A DNA stretch of 64,000 nt, from contig NC_069004.1 in the NCBI RefSeq assembly GCF_001194135.2, forward strand, positions 14,878,851 through 14,942,850, given 5' to 3'. Shown in pieces: positions 11,815 to 24,048 of this stretch (positions within the stretch are counted from its first letter, which is position 1; each line of letters begins with the position of its first letter). The position numbers were made by a program, and so were the translations under genes. Origin of the DNA: Octopus bimaculoides. Its lineage: Eukaryota. A model generated the notes under the pieces. That model saw only the letters and a program-made list of their open reading frames with translations, was not told the DNA's origin and did no database searches.

Positions 11815-12215
11815 CTTTTACCTTTTACTAGCTTCAATCATTGGACTGTGACCATGCTGGAGCACTGCCATGAAGGGTTGTTTTTAGTTGAAGCCTGGTT
11901 CTTTTGCTGTCAATTTCTTTTTGCTGTTAGAGAGACACAAACTAATCAAAACCAGTTATCAAGTAGTGATGGGGGACAAAAACAAACAAACACACACACA
12001 ATGGGCTTCTTTTGGTTTACATCTATCAAATCAACTCGCATAAACAAACCAAGACAATTTATCACACTGTAGGAGTAGGGTGACAAACTCAAAAACACAC
12101 ACAAACATACACATGCAGCCCTTGGTAAAGTGCTATCATAGAAGACACTTGCCTACCAACAAATCATGTGACTAAGAAACAAACTTCTTACGACACAGCC
12201 ATGCCTGTGCCTATA
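11815..12215 (-). mobile_element. SINE family A (diverged)
   Basis: Reverse complement of family A head and tail. Confidence 0.7.
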
Positions 12216-12819
12216 TTTGTACCCTTTTTTGGAATGTGTTACCATTGGATGCTATAAACAGAGATACACAGAATTAACTTGATGTAACATGAAATTCAAA
12301 CAAGCGCTTCATGGTCCGAATAATGATGATTAAATAGAAATTCATAACATTACTTGTGACATGTTTTTTAATCCAGCTGTTTATCAGTTTGTTATTTATT
12401 TCTATTTTTATATATTTTTATATTTTTTTTTATATCTCCTGAAATATTAAATTTCAGTAACTGTAATTGTATATTTTCAGCCCTCTTTATTGTTTTTTTT
12501 TTAATTTATGGCTTATGTTTTTTTGAGTCTTTTAAATAAAAATATAATACTTTGATATCATTCTATAATGATGTATCATTATTAATTAATTAAATTGTCA
12601 TAATTCCAATAAGTCATTTTTGAGAAAAATACATTTTAATGTTTGTTATGGAAGCTTTTTTGTTTTTACCTTGTACAACTGAAAATTAGCTAATTTGTCT
12701 GAAAATCAACTATACAGCACTTTCAAGGGTGGATACTGTAACTAAGACATCTACAACACATGCCCATTGTAGTGAACTCAAGATGTTTGAGAAGAAATGA
12801 CTATTAATAACATTAGTAT

Positions 12820-13185
12820 GGCACTCCGTCGCTTATGACGTCGAGGGTTCCAGTTGATCCGATCAACGGAACAGCCAGCTCGTGAAATTAACATGCAAGT
12901 GGCTGAGCATTCCACAGACACGTGTACCCTTAACATAGTTCTCGGGGATATTCAGCGTGACACATTGTGACAAGGCTGACCCTTTGAATTACAGGCACAA
13001 CAGAAACAGGAAGTAAGAGTGAGAGAAAGTTGTGGTGGAAGAGTACAGTAGGGTTCGCCACCATCCCCTGCTGGAGCCTCGTGGAGCTTTAGGTGTTTTC
13101 ACTCAATAAACACTCACAACGCCCGGTCTGGGAATCGAAACCGTGAGTCCGCTGCCCTAACTACTGGGCCATTGCGCCTCCCATA
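12820..13185 (-). mobile_element. Full-length tRNA-derived SINE family C with 14-bp TSD
   Basis: Head GGAGGCGCAATGGCCCAGTAGTTAGGGCAGCGG, B-box GGTTTCGATTCC; aataacattagtat at 12806-12819 and 13186-13199. Confidence 0.9.
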
Positions 13186-13329
13186 AATAACATTAGTATA
13201 TAAAGAGATTAAACATTATCAGCCATATATACTTAATATTTATGCTTAGTATATTTGCCAGTAGGCTGTGATTTGGTATGGTGAAGAATACTCTCTCAAT
13301 TTACCGAACTTCATTCATATCTATGTACC

Positions 13330-13607
13330 TATCTTTTATCTTTTACTTGTTTCAGTTATTAAATTATGGCCATGCTGTGGCATTGCCTTGAAGAATTTTT
13401 AGTCAAATAAATCAAGCCCTGTGCTTAATTTTGTTAAGCCTGGTACTTATTTTATTGGTCTCTTTTGCTGAACCACTAAGTTGTGGGGATGTAAACAAAC
13501 CAACACCAGTTGTCAAGTGGTGCTTAGGGGACACACAGATACAAAGACAGAAACGCATATATACATATATTTATATATATGTGTGTGTATATGTATATAT
13601 GTATGTA

Positions 13608-13670
<63 letters not shown>

Positions 13671-13835
13671 ATATACGATGGACTTCTATCAGTCTCCATC
13701 TACCAAATCCACTCACAAGGCTTTGGCCAGCCTGAGACTATAGTAGAAGACACTTGCCCAAGGTGCCGCACAGTGGGACTGAACCCAGAACCATGTAATT
13801 TGGAAGCAAGCTTCTTACCACACAGCCATGCCTGC
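13330..13835 (-). mobile_element. SINE family A
   Basis: Full reverse-complement match with internal (TG)n/(TA)n. Confidence 0.8.
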
Positions 13836-14960
13836 ACCTCAAACTTGCATTGCTGCATTTTTATGGTGAGGACGGAGGTTCACAAGAAAGTTGTTGTTGC
13901 TGAAGGAATCACCAGATTTACAATTTTAACTATTAACTCCAAATCACTCTTTCTATACATTGGAAAGGAATAGATTTTAAATGTGCAGTAATTAATATGC
14001 TGAGTTTTTAATTGTGCAGTATTAGCTGTATTAATTCTGACAAATTTGTTATTGTTAGATAGAGTATTATTGATTTTTAGAAGATGTTTTCTTCATGTCC
14101 ATAATAGCAAACACATTACATTTATTTTCACTTAGCACTTTTACATATTACAATTTTATCATTGTTTTTCAGATTCATGTAGGGCTTGTTTGAATTTTAT
14201 GTTAAGTACTTTTTTATTGTGTGAACATCTTATGTTTTATTACATCCACCTCTGGAATAAGTCTCAAAGTTGGTTTGTTTTTATTGTATTATATCATTAT
14301 GTCGACGATTCTCTAGGGATTAGTAAAATAATCCAGAGTTTGACTTCCTTTCAGATTTTGTCGTATTTTCCTTTTAGAAGGAAGTTTCTGCCAAGATTGA
14401 GGAATATAATTTGATTTGGACTCGGTGTGTGCGTATGTGTGTGTTTGTGGTATAGAGGTTAAAGAATTTATCTTATGTCTGTAACATTTTACTATTTTAG
14501 AATTTTCTTGGATTTTTTTTTTTTTTTAGATCTTATTTATTATTCAGCACGAACTCAATGTCTGTACATTTTCTACAGATGAGAAAATATTATTTAGTAA
14601 AGGATTGTTTCTTGGTGATTTATCAATGTCATTTGCTTTTTTTTTTGTTAATCACAGCTTTTCTATTTCTGCTGTATTTACTTAATTTATTTATGTATTT
14701 TCTTTTCTGAGTTGCTCAACCTATATGGCAGTCAGTCTTTTTTGAAACTCCACCGTACATCTTTTGTTTTTGCTGTCTTATTGCCCTGTAGATTATATCT
14801 TTGCAAATGGGGGGCAGCTTTACTTTCAAGCATAACTGTCCTTCACTTTAAATCTTTTATTAACTGTTTACATATATAGGCACAGGTGTGGCTGTGTAGG
14901 AAAAAGTTTGCTTCATACCACAGAACAATGTGAATAAGTAAGCATTACATTTGACAGAAA

Positions 14961-15268
14961 GTGGAGGCGCAATGGCCCAGTGGTTAGGGCAGCGGACTCA
15001 CGGTCATAGGATCGCGGTTTCGATTCCCAGACCGAGTGTTGTGAGTGTTTATTGAGCAAAAACACCTAAAGCTCCACGAGGCTCCGGCAGGGGATGGTGG
15101 CGAACCCTGCTGTACTCTTTCACCACCTCTTACTTCCTGTTTCTGTTGAGCCTGTAATTCAAAGGGTCAGCCTTGTCACACTGTGTCACGCTGAATATCC
15201 CCGAGAACTACGTTAAGGGTACACGTGTCTGTGGAGTGCTCAGCCACTTACACGGTAATTTCACGAGC
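14961..15268 (+). mobile_element. SINE family C
   Basis: GTGGAGGCGCAATGGCCCAGTGGTTAGGGCAGCGG head; body matches 12820-13185. Confidence 0.85.
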
Positions 15269-15269
15269 A

Positions 15270-15407
15270 CACACAAGTAAGCACATAAATGCAAAACAAG
15301 GTGGGGAAAATAGTATTCGAATACCAAAGGTAGAATGACATGCTTTTATTAAAGCCCCAAAAATCTTCACAAACTGTTACTCAGTTTCACGTTACCATTT
15401 GTTGGAC

Positions 15408-15415
<8 letters not shown>
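15270..15415 (-). mobile_element. Penelope-like terminal-repeat remnant carrying a decayed minimal type-I hammerhead fold (15368-15415)
   Basis: Minus strand: CACAAACTGT-ccaacaa-ATG gtaa CGT-GAAAC tga GTA-ACAGTTTGTG, followed by AATAAA. Confidence 0.5.
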
Positions 15416-15444
<29 letters not shown>

Positions 15445-16268
15445 TTGCTCATCTCAGTGAGATGTAGGTAGATTAAGTAAAAGAATAATCGGCAGAATAA
15501 TGCCTTGAATGAAAACATAGAAATATTGGGCAAGTTTATAAATTTATATTTTAAATCTAACACTTACTTTCTCCAATTCAACATAGAAAGCTATGATTCA
15601 TCAATTTTCCCAATACTTTTAAACAAAACCTTAATATCTGTATCATTCAAAAGAAAACGTCTAAAAATCCTTCAATGTGGTGCCCCAGCATGGCCACTAT
15701 CCAATGGTTGAAACAAAAAAAAGAGAAAAGGTAAAAGATAGAAGTTTATAAGATTCTTTTTTTTTTCTTTTTTAGAAACTTTGAGAGATAAATCATTTTA
15801 ACAGTGGAACTTGAAGTAGTTAAAATTATAAATGATAGTTTCAAATTTGGACACAAAGTCAGCAGGTTTGGAGGTGGAGTTAAGTAACTTGTATCAACCC
15901 TCAGTGCTCAACTAGTACTTATTACATCAACCCCAAAAGATGAAAGGCAAATTCAACCGTGGAAGAACTTGAACTCATAATGTAAAAGATAAACAAAGTG
16001 CTACAGGGCATTTTGCCTGGCTTGCTAACAATCCTGTCAGTTTGCCGCCTTAGTTAAAACTATAAATAATAGCATGTTGAGTTCCTTATTTGCCTTTTGT
16101 GTTTAGTTTGGTCTATTAATGATTGTTAGTCTATTAGTTTCTACCTCTTCTTGATCCTGACTTCTGGATGAAGTAGTTACTGGTGGAATTTTCTTTTTAT
16201 CAGTTGTTGTAGTGGCTGGCGAAGATCATGGTGGACAAGTAATTAACAGTAAAATCATCATCTCTGAA

Positions 16269-16494
16269 TTAACCCTTTAGCATTTAATCTAGCTATATCC
16301 ACCTACAATATTCTACCTGTTTTAATTAAGCTGACTCAATCTGACCTCTCACACCTACCCTACAACACCATTCTAAAAATACACAAACCATGTCATCAAA
16401 ATCTCAAAGCTACAAGATAATGCAGAATTAATTCAAAACAATGAATAAATAAGCATTATATTTGATAGAATAATCAGAATGCTAAAGACTTTAA
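16269..16494. mobile_element. piggyBac-type MITE (~220 bp), TTAA-flanked
   Basis: TTAA-CCCTTTAGCATT ... AATGCTAAAGAC-TTAA; partial copies at 14915-14958, 23712-23754, 33643-33746, 39110-39145. Confidence 0.8.
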
Positions 16495-16699
16495 AATATT
16501 TAGCCATTAACTCCAAGTTACTTTTGGTAATCGGTTAATGTTCTTAGTTTAATAATGGTTTACTGCATCTGTCTATATTAAATTTAGGTTTGTGTTTTAT
16601 TATTAATAAATCTTCCATCACGAATCATCTCAGTTTTTGTGGAATTCTGTTGAACATGAGTGGGTTATCAACCAAAGTCTTGCCTATCTGATTTTTTTT

Positions 16700-16992
16700 T
16701 TTCTTTGTACACTGAACTGGTGGTGGTGCCACACAAAATACACTGGTACCATGTAAAAAAAGCACCTATGCTGACGCCGTGTAAAACGCTTCGATGCTGG
16801 TGCCACATAAAAAGCACCCAGTACACTCTGTAAAGTGATTGACCTTAGGAAGGGCATGCATCCATAGAAACCAAGCCAAAGCAGACTATGGAACCTGGTG
16901 CAGCCTCTGACCTCGACACTTTCTGTCAAGCCATCCAACCCATGCCAGCATGGACAATAAACATTAGATGATGATGGTGACGACGATGAAAC
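16700..16992 (+). mobile_element. RTE-type 3' tail with (GAT)n
   Basis: TGCCACATAAAAAGCACCCAG...AGGAAGGGCATG...CCATGCCAGCATGG...gatgatgatg. Confidence 0.7.
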
Positions 16993-18017
16993 GATAACAA
17001 TGATGATGATGTTGTTATTGTAATGTGCTGAAATGGCTCCTTGTAGTAAATGCATGATTGGTCAACCAGAAAGTATTGAACATGTATGTCCAATATGACA
17101 GTTTACATCTTTCGTGTTACCATTCCAGTTAATATATTACATTGTCTACCTGAAATACATTATGTTTTGCAGTTTTGTGGTTTCGTGTTGATAAAGTGTT
17201 TTTTTTTTCTTTAAATCTGATTGTTTTGTAATATATTCTAAGTGTTAGTTTGTGGTGAAGTGTTACAGATATTATGTTGTATTTTATAACTTTATTTTTT
17301 TAAAATCCTGTAATCTCTAACCAAGGGGATTTAACTCATATCTGGACCAGAGATCCTCAGCCAATACTGCACACTCTACAAGCAGAAAGACATTGCTTTG
17401 AAAACAACTTGGCACAAACATATAAAAACTGTGGCTCTTAATTAAAATTGACAATTCTTCAGTCAAATTCCAGTATTGCACTTTGGTGTGATGCCAATCT
17501 TCCTCTTTTTGTGATAAATTATTTTTCATTTTCAGTTTATGAAATATAACCATCCTCTCCCATTTTGTCTTCATCTTCAAAATTCCCATATTCATCAACT
17601 GATGGTAAATCATCTTCAGGATAAATTTTATCAAATTGCCATTGATTGTCATCAGAATATTCTAATTCCTGCAGTTGTGAACATCCTACGCCATTATCTT
17701 TTCTTCTCCAAATCTGCCTGATTCTGATGAGGTTTGATTCATTGTAAAAGTAATCAGAAAATTAATTCTGAAGGACACCCTATCTCCATGCATACATTTG
17801 TAAATGAACTGATACTGTTGTGAAGAATCTTCATTCTGACTGTCTGATTTGTATTCAGTTAACTCCAGTTTTAATTTAGGGTTTCTCTATTCCTTCCATA
17901 CCAGTAATTCAGCTGTGTCAAGTCTGAAATTCCTGTTATACCAGGAATATGTCTTGGCAGGGTTAGTGACTTACTCATCCATTCTTTGACTGAGATATAT
18001 TTAGTTCCTCTTGTATG

Positions 18018-18055
<38 letters not shown>

Positions 18056-18439
18056 GTAGTTTCACTGTCTTTACCAGTTATGATATCACTTTCACAACAG
18101 CTGCACATTCAATCTTCATCATCATTTAATGGTCATTTTCCATGATGGCATGGGTTGGACAGTTTGACAGGAACTGGTAAGCCAGAGGGCTGCACAGTCT
18201 CTACGGCTGGATGTTCTTCCTAATGCCGACCATTTTACAGGGTGTACCAGGTGCTCTTTATGTAGCACCAGCACAAGTATTTTTACATGGCACAAACATG
18301 GGTGCTTTTTTGTGGCCAGTTTATAATAATGGTGAAAAGGTGAGGCAGCAATACATACCCCTGCCAAATCCAACACCCACATTTAAAGGTTTTGACTTAG
18401 GGTGATTTATCCAAACACAAACATCTGGGCATTTGTATA

Positions 18440-19565
18440 GGGACTTCATGGCATCCCAAATAGGATTCCTCCAAAGGACCCTGGAGTAACATTACTCAAC
18501 AGGGTGCATAGCTTGGAAATCAGGGAGTTTCTCCAGGTCAAGCTGCTACTTCTCAGCATTGAGGAATCCCAGCTCTTGTACTCTGGTTATGGGATTAGAA
18601 TGTCACAGGAAAGAATTGCAAGATGGATTCTTCATTTTTAGAAATAATACATTTCTAAATCTCTCAGAGAGATTTATGTAGTAGTGATACGATGAAGTTG
18701 TTGTATGCTGTCAACTTAATGTGACAGTCCCCTGAAAGGAATAATACTACTGTTGGTTAGACCTTGGAAGCTGCACCGCTTCCTGTCGGCCTTGACACAT
18801 TTCCTGTGTCCTTATGCTTACAAGGGGGAGACAAGCACCTCCACCCAGCTAAGCCTGCATCCAGAGACGAACAAAGACTCAGAAACATGTCTCTGGATGC
18901 AGGCTTAGCTGGGTGGAGGTGCTTGTCTCCCCCTTGTAAGCANNNNNNNNNNTAATACTACTGTTGGTTAGACCTTGGAAGCTGCACCGCTTCCTGTCGG
19001 CCTTGACACATTTCCTGTGTCCTTATGCTTACAAGGGGGAGACAAGCACCTCCACCCAGCTAAGCCTGCATCCAGAGACGAACAAAGACTCAGAAACATG
19101 TCTCTGGATGCAGGCTTAGCTGGGTGGAGGTGCTTGTCTCCCCCTTGTAAGCATAAGGACACAGGAAATGTGTCAAGGCCAACAGGAAGCAGTGCAGCTT
19201 CCTAGGTCTAACCAACAGCAGTATTATTCCCTTCAGGGGACTGTCACATTAAGTTGAGAACATACAACTACTTCATGGATTCTTCATGTTGAGCCATTCA
19301 GCAGAAAACCTTGGGCTAGACTAAGAACAAGATGGTTGAATAATAACCAGTCTCAGTAGGTCATTCTTGGGAATTCAGCAGGAAAGTATTATGACAGATG
19401 CTTCTGATAGGACACTATGGAAGGGATGCTTGAGGAGCATGACCGACAGGAGAAACGGGGGTAGGCCAAGAATGAGAAAGTTGGATAATATCCATAGTCT
19501 CAGTTGGTCAAATTTGGGAATCTGCGGGGATGTGTTATGAAGGTTGCTTGTACAGGAATTGTATG
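18440..19565 (+). mobile_element. RTE-clade LINE 3' region split by the palindromic element; ends in a tandem ~156-bp unit
   Basis: GVTLLNRVHSLEIREFLQVKLLLLSIEESQL...RMSQERIARWILH (to 18635) resumes VEPFSRKPWARLRTRWLNN at 19277+. Confidence 0.7.
18692..19276. mobile_element. Fold-back palindromic element: ~177-bp arms, 20-nt spacer; part falsely duplicated across a 10-N gap
   Basis: Left arm 18692-18868; spacer gaacaaagactcagaaacat; right arm ends 19276; 18743-18942 repeated at 18953-19152. Confidence 0.85.
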
Positions 19566-21127
19566 ATCTTAGATAGAAAATGAAAATATTTGTAGTAAAA
19601 TCTCTTGTGTCATAGAAGACACTTTAAAAACTATGAGAGATAATATTTAACCCCACTTCAACATGGATGTTCTGTTAGAACAAACTATACTGTTGTAGAT
19701 TCCATGAGAGAAACTCTCATAATGGCTCATAATTGCCCGAGCCTAGAGTAGAAGACCCAGAACCATGAGGTTGGGAAGCAAACTTCTTACCGCACAGCCA
19801 TGCTATTCTTATTACTCAACATCACACACACACACATACAATATAGCCTTATGTTCCCCACCACCCCCACCACTACCACCATGTTGCCTAATCTTAAACC
19901 ATCTCCCACCACCACCACCACCACCACCCTGGTGTAAGAAGGAGCTCTGCGGTCTTCCAATTGCTCTCTCTACTGTTGCTGGAACTGTATGTATGTGCGG
20001 CCTCAATCAATACTGTAATGAAATCTTTAGCAATTGTGCAACAAGTCAAATTGACTGCCTTGTTTCGGTGTCCAGCCAATCTACAGCTGTTTTGTTGCAC
20101 TTGGAGGTGGTGGTGGTGGTGGTGTTGTGTTTATCTCTCTCTCCCCCACCCCACCCACCCTGTCTCTCTCTCTTCCCCTCTCTTTCCCACTTTCTNNNNN
20201 NNNNNNNNNNNNNNNNNNNNNNNNNNNNNNNNNNNNNNNNNNNNNNNNNNNNNNNNNNNNNNNNNNNNNNNNNNNNNNNNNNNNNNNNNNNNNNNNNNNN
20301 NNNNNNNNNNNNNNNNNNNNNNNNNNNNNNNNNNNNNNNNNNNNNNNNNNNNNNNNNNNNNNNNNNNNNNNNNNNNNNNNNNNNNNNNNNNNNNNNNNNN
20401 NNNNNNNNNNNNNNNNNNNNNNNNNNNNNNNNNNNNNNNNNNNNNNNNNNNNNNNNNNNNNNNNNNNNNNNNNNNNNNNNNNNNNNNNNNNNNNNNNNNN
20501 NNNNNNNNNNNNNNNNNNNNNNNNNNNNNNNNNNNNNNNNNNNNNNNNNNNNNNNNNNNNNNNNNNNNNNNNNNNNNNNNNNNNNNNNNNNNNNNNNNNN
20601 NNNNNNNNNNNNNNNNNNNNNNNNNNNNNNNNNNNNNNNNNNNNNNNNNNNNNNNNNNNNNNNNNNNNNNNNNNNNNNNNNNNNNNNNNNNNNNNNNNNN
20701 NNNNNNNNNNNNNNNNNNNNNNNNNNNNNNNNNNNNNNNNNNNNNNNNNNNNNNNNNNNNNNNNNNNNNNNNNNNNNNNNNNNNNNNNNNNNNNNNNNNN
20801 NNNNNNNNNNNNNNNNNNNNNNNNNNNNNNNNNNNNNNNNNNNNNNNNNNNNNNNNNNNNNNNNNNNNNNNNNNNNNNNNNNNNNNNNNNNNNNNNNNNN
20901 NNNNNNNNNNNNNNNNNNNNNNNNNNNNNNNNNNNNNNNNNNNNNNNNNNNNNNNNNNNNNNNNNNNNNNNNNNNNNNNNNNNNNNNNNNNNNNNNNNNN
21001 NNNNNNNNNNNNNNNNNNNNNNNNNNNNNNNNNNNNNNNNNNNNNNNNNNNNNNNNNNNNNNNNNNNNNNNNNNNNNNNNNNNNNNNNNNNNNNNNNNNN
21101 NNNNNNNNNNNNNNNNNNNNNNNNNNN

Positions 21128-21158
<31 letters not shown>

Positions 21159-21337
21159 ATCCTACCCTTTATCTCTCTTCATTCTGCCCCTTTCTCTTTC
21201 CATCTCTCTTTGCTTCACCCATCTTTATCTATAATTATTACCTTTACCTGCTCTCTGTCTCTCTGTCTCTCTATCTATCTATCTATCTCCTTTCTTTTTC
21301 TCTTTCTCTCCTTCTTCTTCTTACACACTGTCTGACC

Positions 21338-21378
<41 letters not shown>

Positions 21379-21989
21379 ACCAACTCTCCCTTCACCTCCC
21401 TCTGCCAACTACCTCCTAGATCTTCCACTTCCCTCCTGTTCTCCCTCTGCCGCTCCCCCCAACACACCCACGCTGATACACACCCACCCACCCTGCACAG
21501 CACTTATTATTTCATTAAAAGACAATATTCGAATATCTCCCTTTGCCTCACCTTNNNNNNNNNNNNNNNNNNNNNNNNNNNNNNNNNNNNNNNNNNNNNN
21601 NNNNNNNNNNNNNNNNNNNNNNNNNNNNNNNNNNNNNNNNNNNNNNNNNNNNNNNNNNNNNNNNNNNNNNNNNNNNNNNNNNNNNNNNNNNNNNNNNNNN
21701 NNNNNNNNNNNNNNNNNNNNNNNNNNNNNNNNNNNNNNNNNNNNNNNNNNNNNNNNNNNNNNNNNNNNNNNNNNNNNNNNNNNNNNNNNNNNNNNNNNNN
21801 NNNNNNNNNNNNNNNNNNNNNNNNNNNNNNNNNNNNNNNNNNNNNNNNNNNNNNNNNNNNNNNNNNNNNNNNNNNNNNNNNNNNNNNNNNNNNNNNNNNN
21901 NNNNNNNNNNNNNNNNNNNNNNNNNNNNNNNNNNNNNNNNNNNNNNNNNNNNNNNNNNNNNNNNNNNNNNNNNNNNNNNNNNNNNNNNN

Positions 21990-22023
<34 letters not shown>

Positions 22024-22497
22024 GTCTCTTGGTTATTTTCCTGCATTCGGGGATTTTTTCTCTTTTTTTGCTATTTTTTCCTGAAATTATTTTTTTTGTT
22101 TATGTTGATGTTTATGTTTACATTGCATTTTATGTTACTCTTCTGTTTTTGTTTATGCCTAATTTACTTGTGTTTCATTTACATTTATAATTAGTTTCAG
22201 TCCCTCATTAATATTTGTTTACATTTTGCCTTAGATTTTTTTCTTTTTTTTTTTGCCTTGTTTTTCTTTTCTATTTCTGTATTTGTAGTTTTATTATTTT
22301 AATATTTTTCGCTTGGTTTTGTAACTTAACTATGAAACATTTACATTTTAATGTATTTTTACTAAATGATCATAATGATAATGAAGCAATATTAATCTTG
22401 TCGTAGTTGCTATTATTGTTTAGCCACAGGTCAGCCCTGATCCAGCTGACCTATGTTCAAAAGTGTTCCAGCCAGAGCCATTCTATTGTCTTTTTAG

Positions 22498-22541
<44 letters not shown>

Positions 22542-22619
22542 ATACAAATGATATGTGAGTATATGCATGTATACATACATATATGTACATACTTACATCT
22601 ACATGTATATATAGGTGCA

Positions 22620-23100
22620 TATCCGGGTACAGGACGTCAAAAATACGTGAACAAAAAAGGAACAGGAACATAAATAAAGCACAAAAAACGAACTTTTTTA
22701 TGGACAACAGAATGAACACATAGGAAAACAGACAAGCCACGTATGGAACTTTCCCTTCATCAGTTGCCTCTATTCTAAACTAGGCGTGTTTCGAAGATGA
22801 GGCAGAACGCGCTCTTAGAATAGCTCTTCCCACAAAGGAAATTAAATAAAACCTACTATGCGGAGGATTCCAAAGTGGCAAACAGAAACCAAGACAGGGA
22901 AAACTAAACAGTGAAAACAATGTTGAGGGCCGTTAAGCCAAACGAGATGAGATACTGAATGCTGTGATGTGACGAACTTGAGCAGAGAGAGAGATAGCAG
23001 ATTGTGTTGCCTTTATGCTGGCCGAATGGAGAAAGGAAGAGGTGACCACAGGTCACGTGTGATCAAGGAGGAGTGGTAGAGAGAGGAAATGGAAGCAAGT
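22620..23100 (-). mobile_element. Probable Penelope-like or other retroelement terminal fragment
   Basis: CpG-rich non-SINE repeat-like sequence with CTGATGAAGGG at 22757-22763 (minus) followed by a T-rich tail. Confidence 0.35.
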
Positions 23101-23239
23101 TGAACATAGGTGAGCGACGAGAGACAGGGAGGAAGAGTAAGAGAGAGATATAGAAGTGAAGGGGAGAAGCAAGGACAACAGAAGGATGAAGAACGAGAGG
23201 GGGAGATAGGTAAGAAGAAGTACATATATATATATAGTA

Positions 23240-23480
23240 CAATCAAGGATGTACTCAAAGCAAAGCTGAACAAAACCATATATGCCAGACTCTTCAATAG
23301 TACCTTCCTACATGCACTCTTATATGCAAGTGAGATATGGGCTACTTAGGAAGAGAGAAGAGCATCAACTGGCTTTAATGCATAGGGGTCATAGAAAGGT
23401 CCATGTTAAGAATATCATTGAGCATATCCAAAACAAGATAATTTGAGAATGGAGCAGAGTGAATGACATAGTTACAGAAT
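23240..23480 (+). mobile_element. RTE-clade LINE fragment
   Basis: STIKDVLKAKLNKTIYARLFNSTFLHALLYASEIWAT. Confidence 0.75.
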
Positions 23481-23762
23481 ATCAACATCGTTTAATTAAA
23501 TCATCTTCCCATTGTCATGAAGGCCTTTTGAGTGACTTTTCCAATCTCTTGGGTAACACTTAGCAACAGCATGGGTCCACCTGTTGTCTGTGAACCTTGC
23601 AACATGTTCCAGCTGAACAGAACTTGTGCTTTTGGTACTATGTGATCTCACCATTCACTCTGCTCTGTTCCCAAATTTTCTCATTTCAGATTTGCTCTTT
23701 CACAGGTGGAAGATTTGGGCTGGATATGGCTGATTTAAATACTAAAGGATTTAAATTTAGAT

Positions 23763-24027
23763 CAGTGGTTTTCAACCAGGGTCCATCTGGCCCTTGTGGA
23801 GTCCATGTAAAATTTTGTTGCTAAAATTTATGTGCAATAAATTGGTTATATTTCTACAATATGCAAAATATTTTCACAATTTCTTTAATACATTTCCTGA
23901 TAATATTTAATTATAAATATATAATTAATTTTTTTAAAAACTAAAAAGGCTATTAGGATCCATCCAGGTAAAATAGGAATCAAAGGGGTTCATAGGTAAA
24001 AAAAAAAAAAGTGGCTGAGAAACACCG
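23763..24027. mobile_element. hAT-type MITE (265 bp) with 8-bp TSD
   Basis: Termini CAGTGGTTTTCAACC / GGCTGAGAAACACCG; flanks atttagat and atttaaat (1 mismatch). Confidence 0.75.
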
Positions 24028-24048
24028 ATTTAAATCAAACTATACTTG

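Noticed and set aside
14961-15035. tRNA genes at SINE heads (many positions)
   Set aside because: A/B boxes present but no complete cloverleaf, and each continues into a SINE body
18743-19152. Apparent tandem duplication of 200 bp of the palindrome
   Set aside because: Identical copies either side of a 10-N gap: overlapping contig ends, an assembly artefact
19765-22190. Long ORFs of 200-690 aa (also 26562-27586, 10373-10996, 36924-37333)
   Set aside because: Open only because N runs contain no stops
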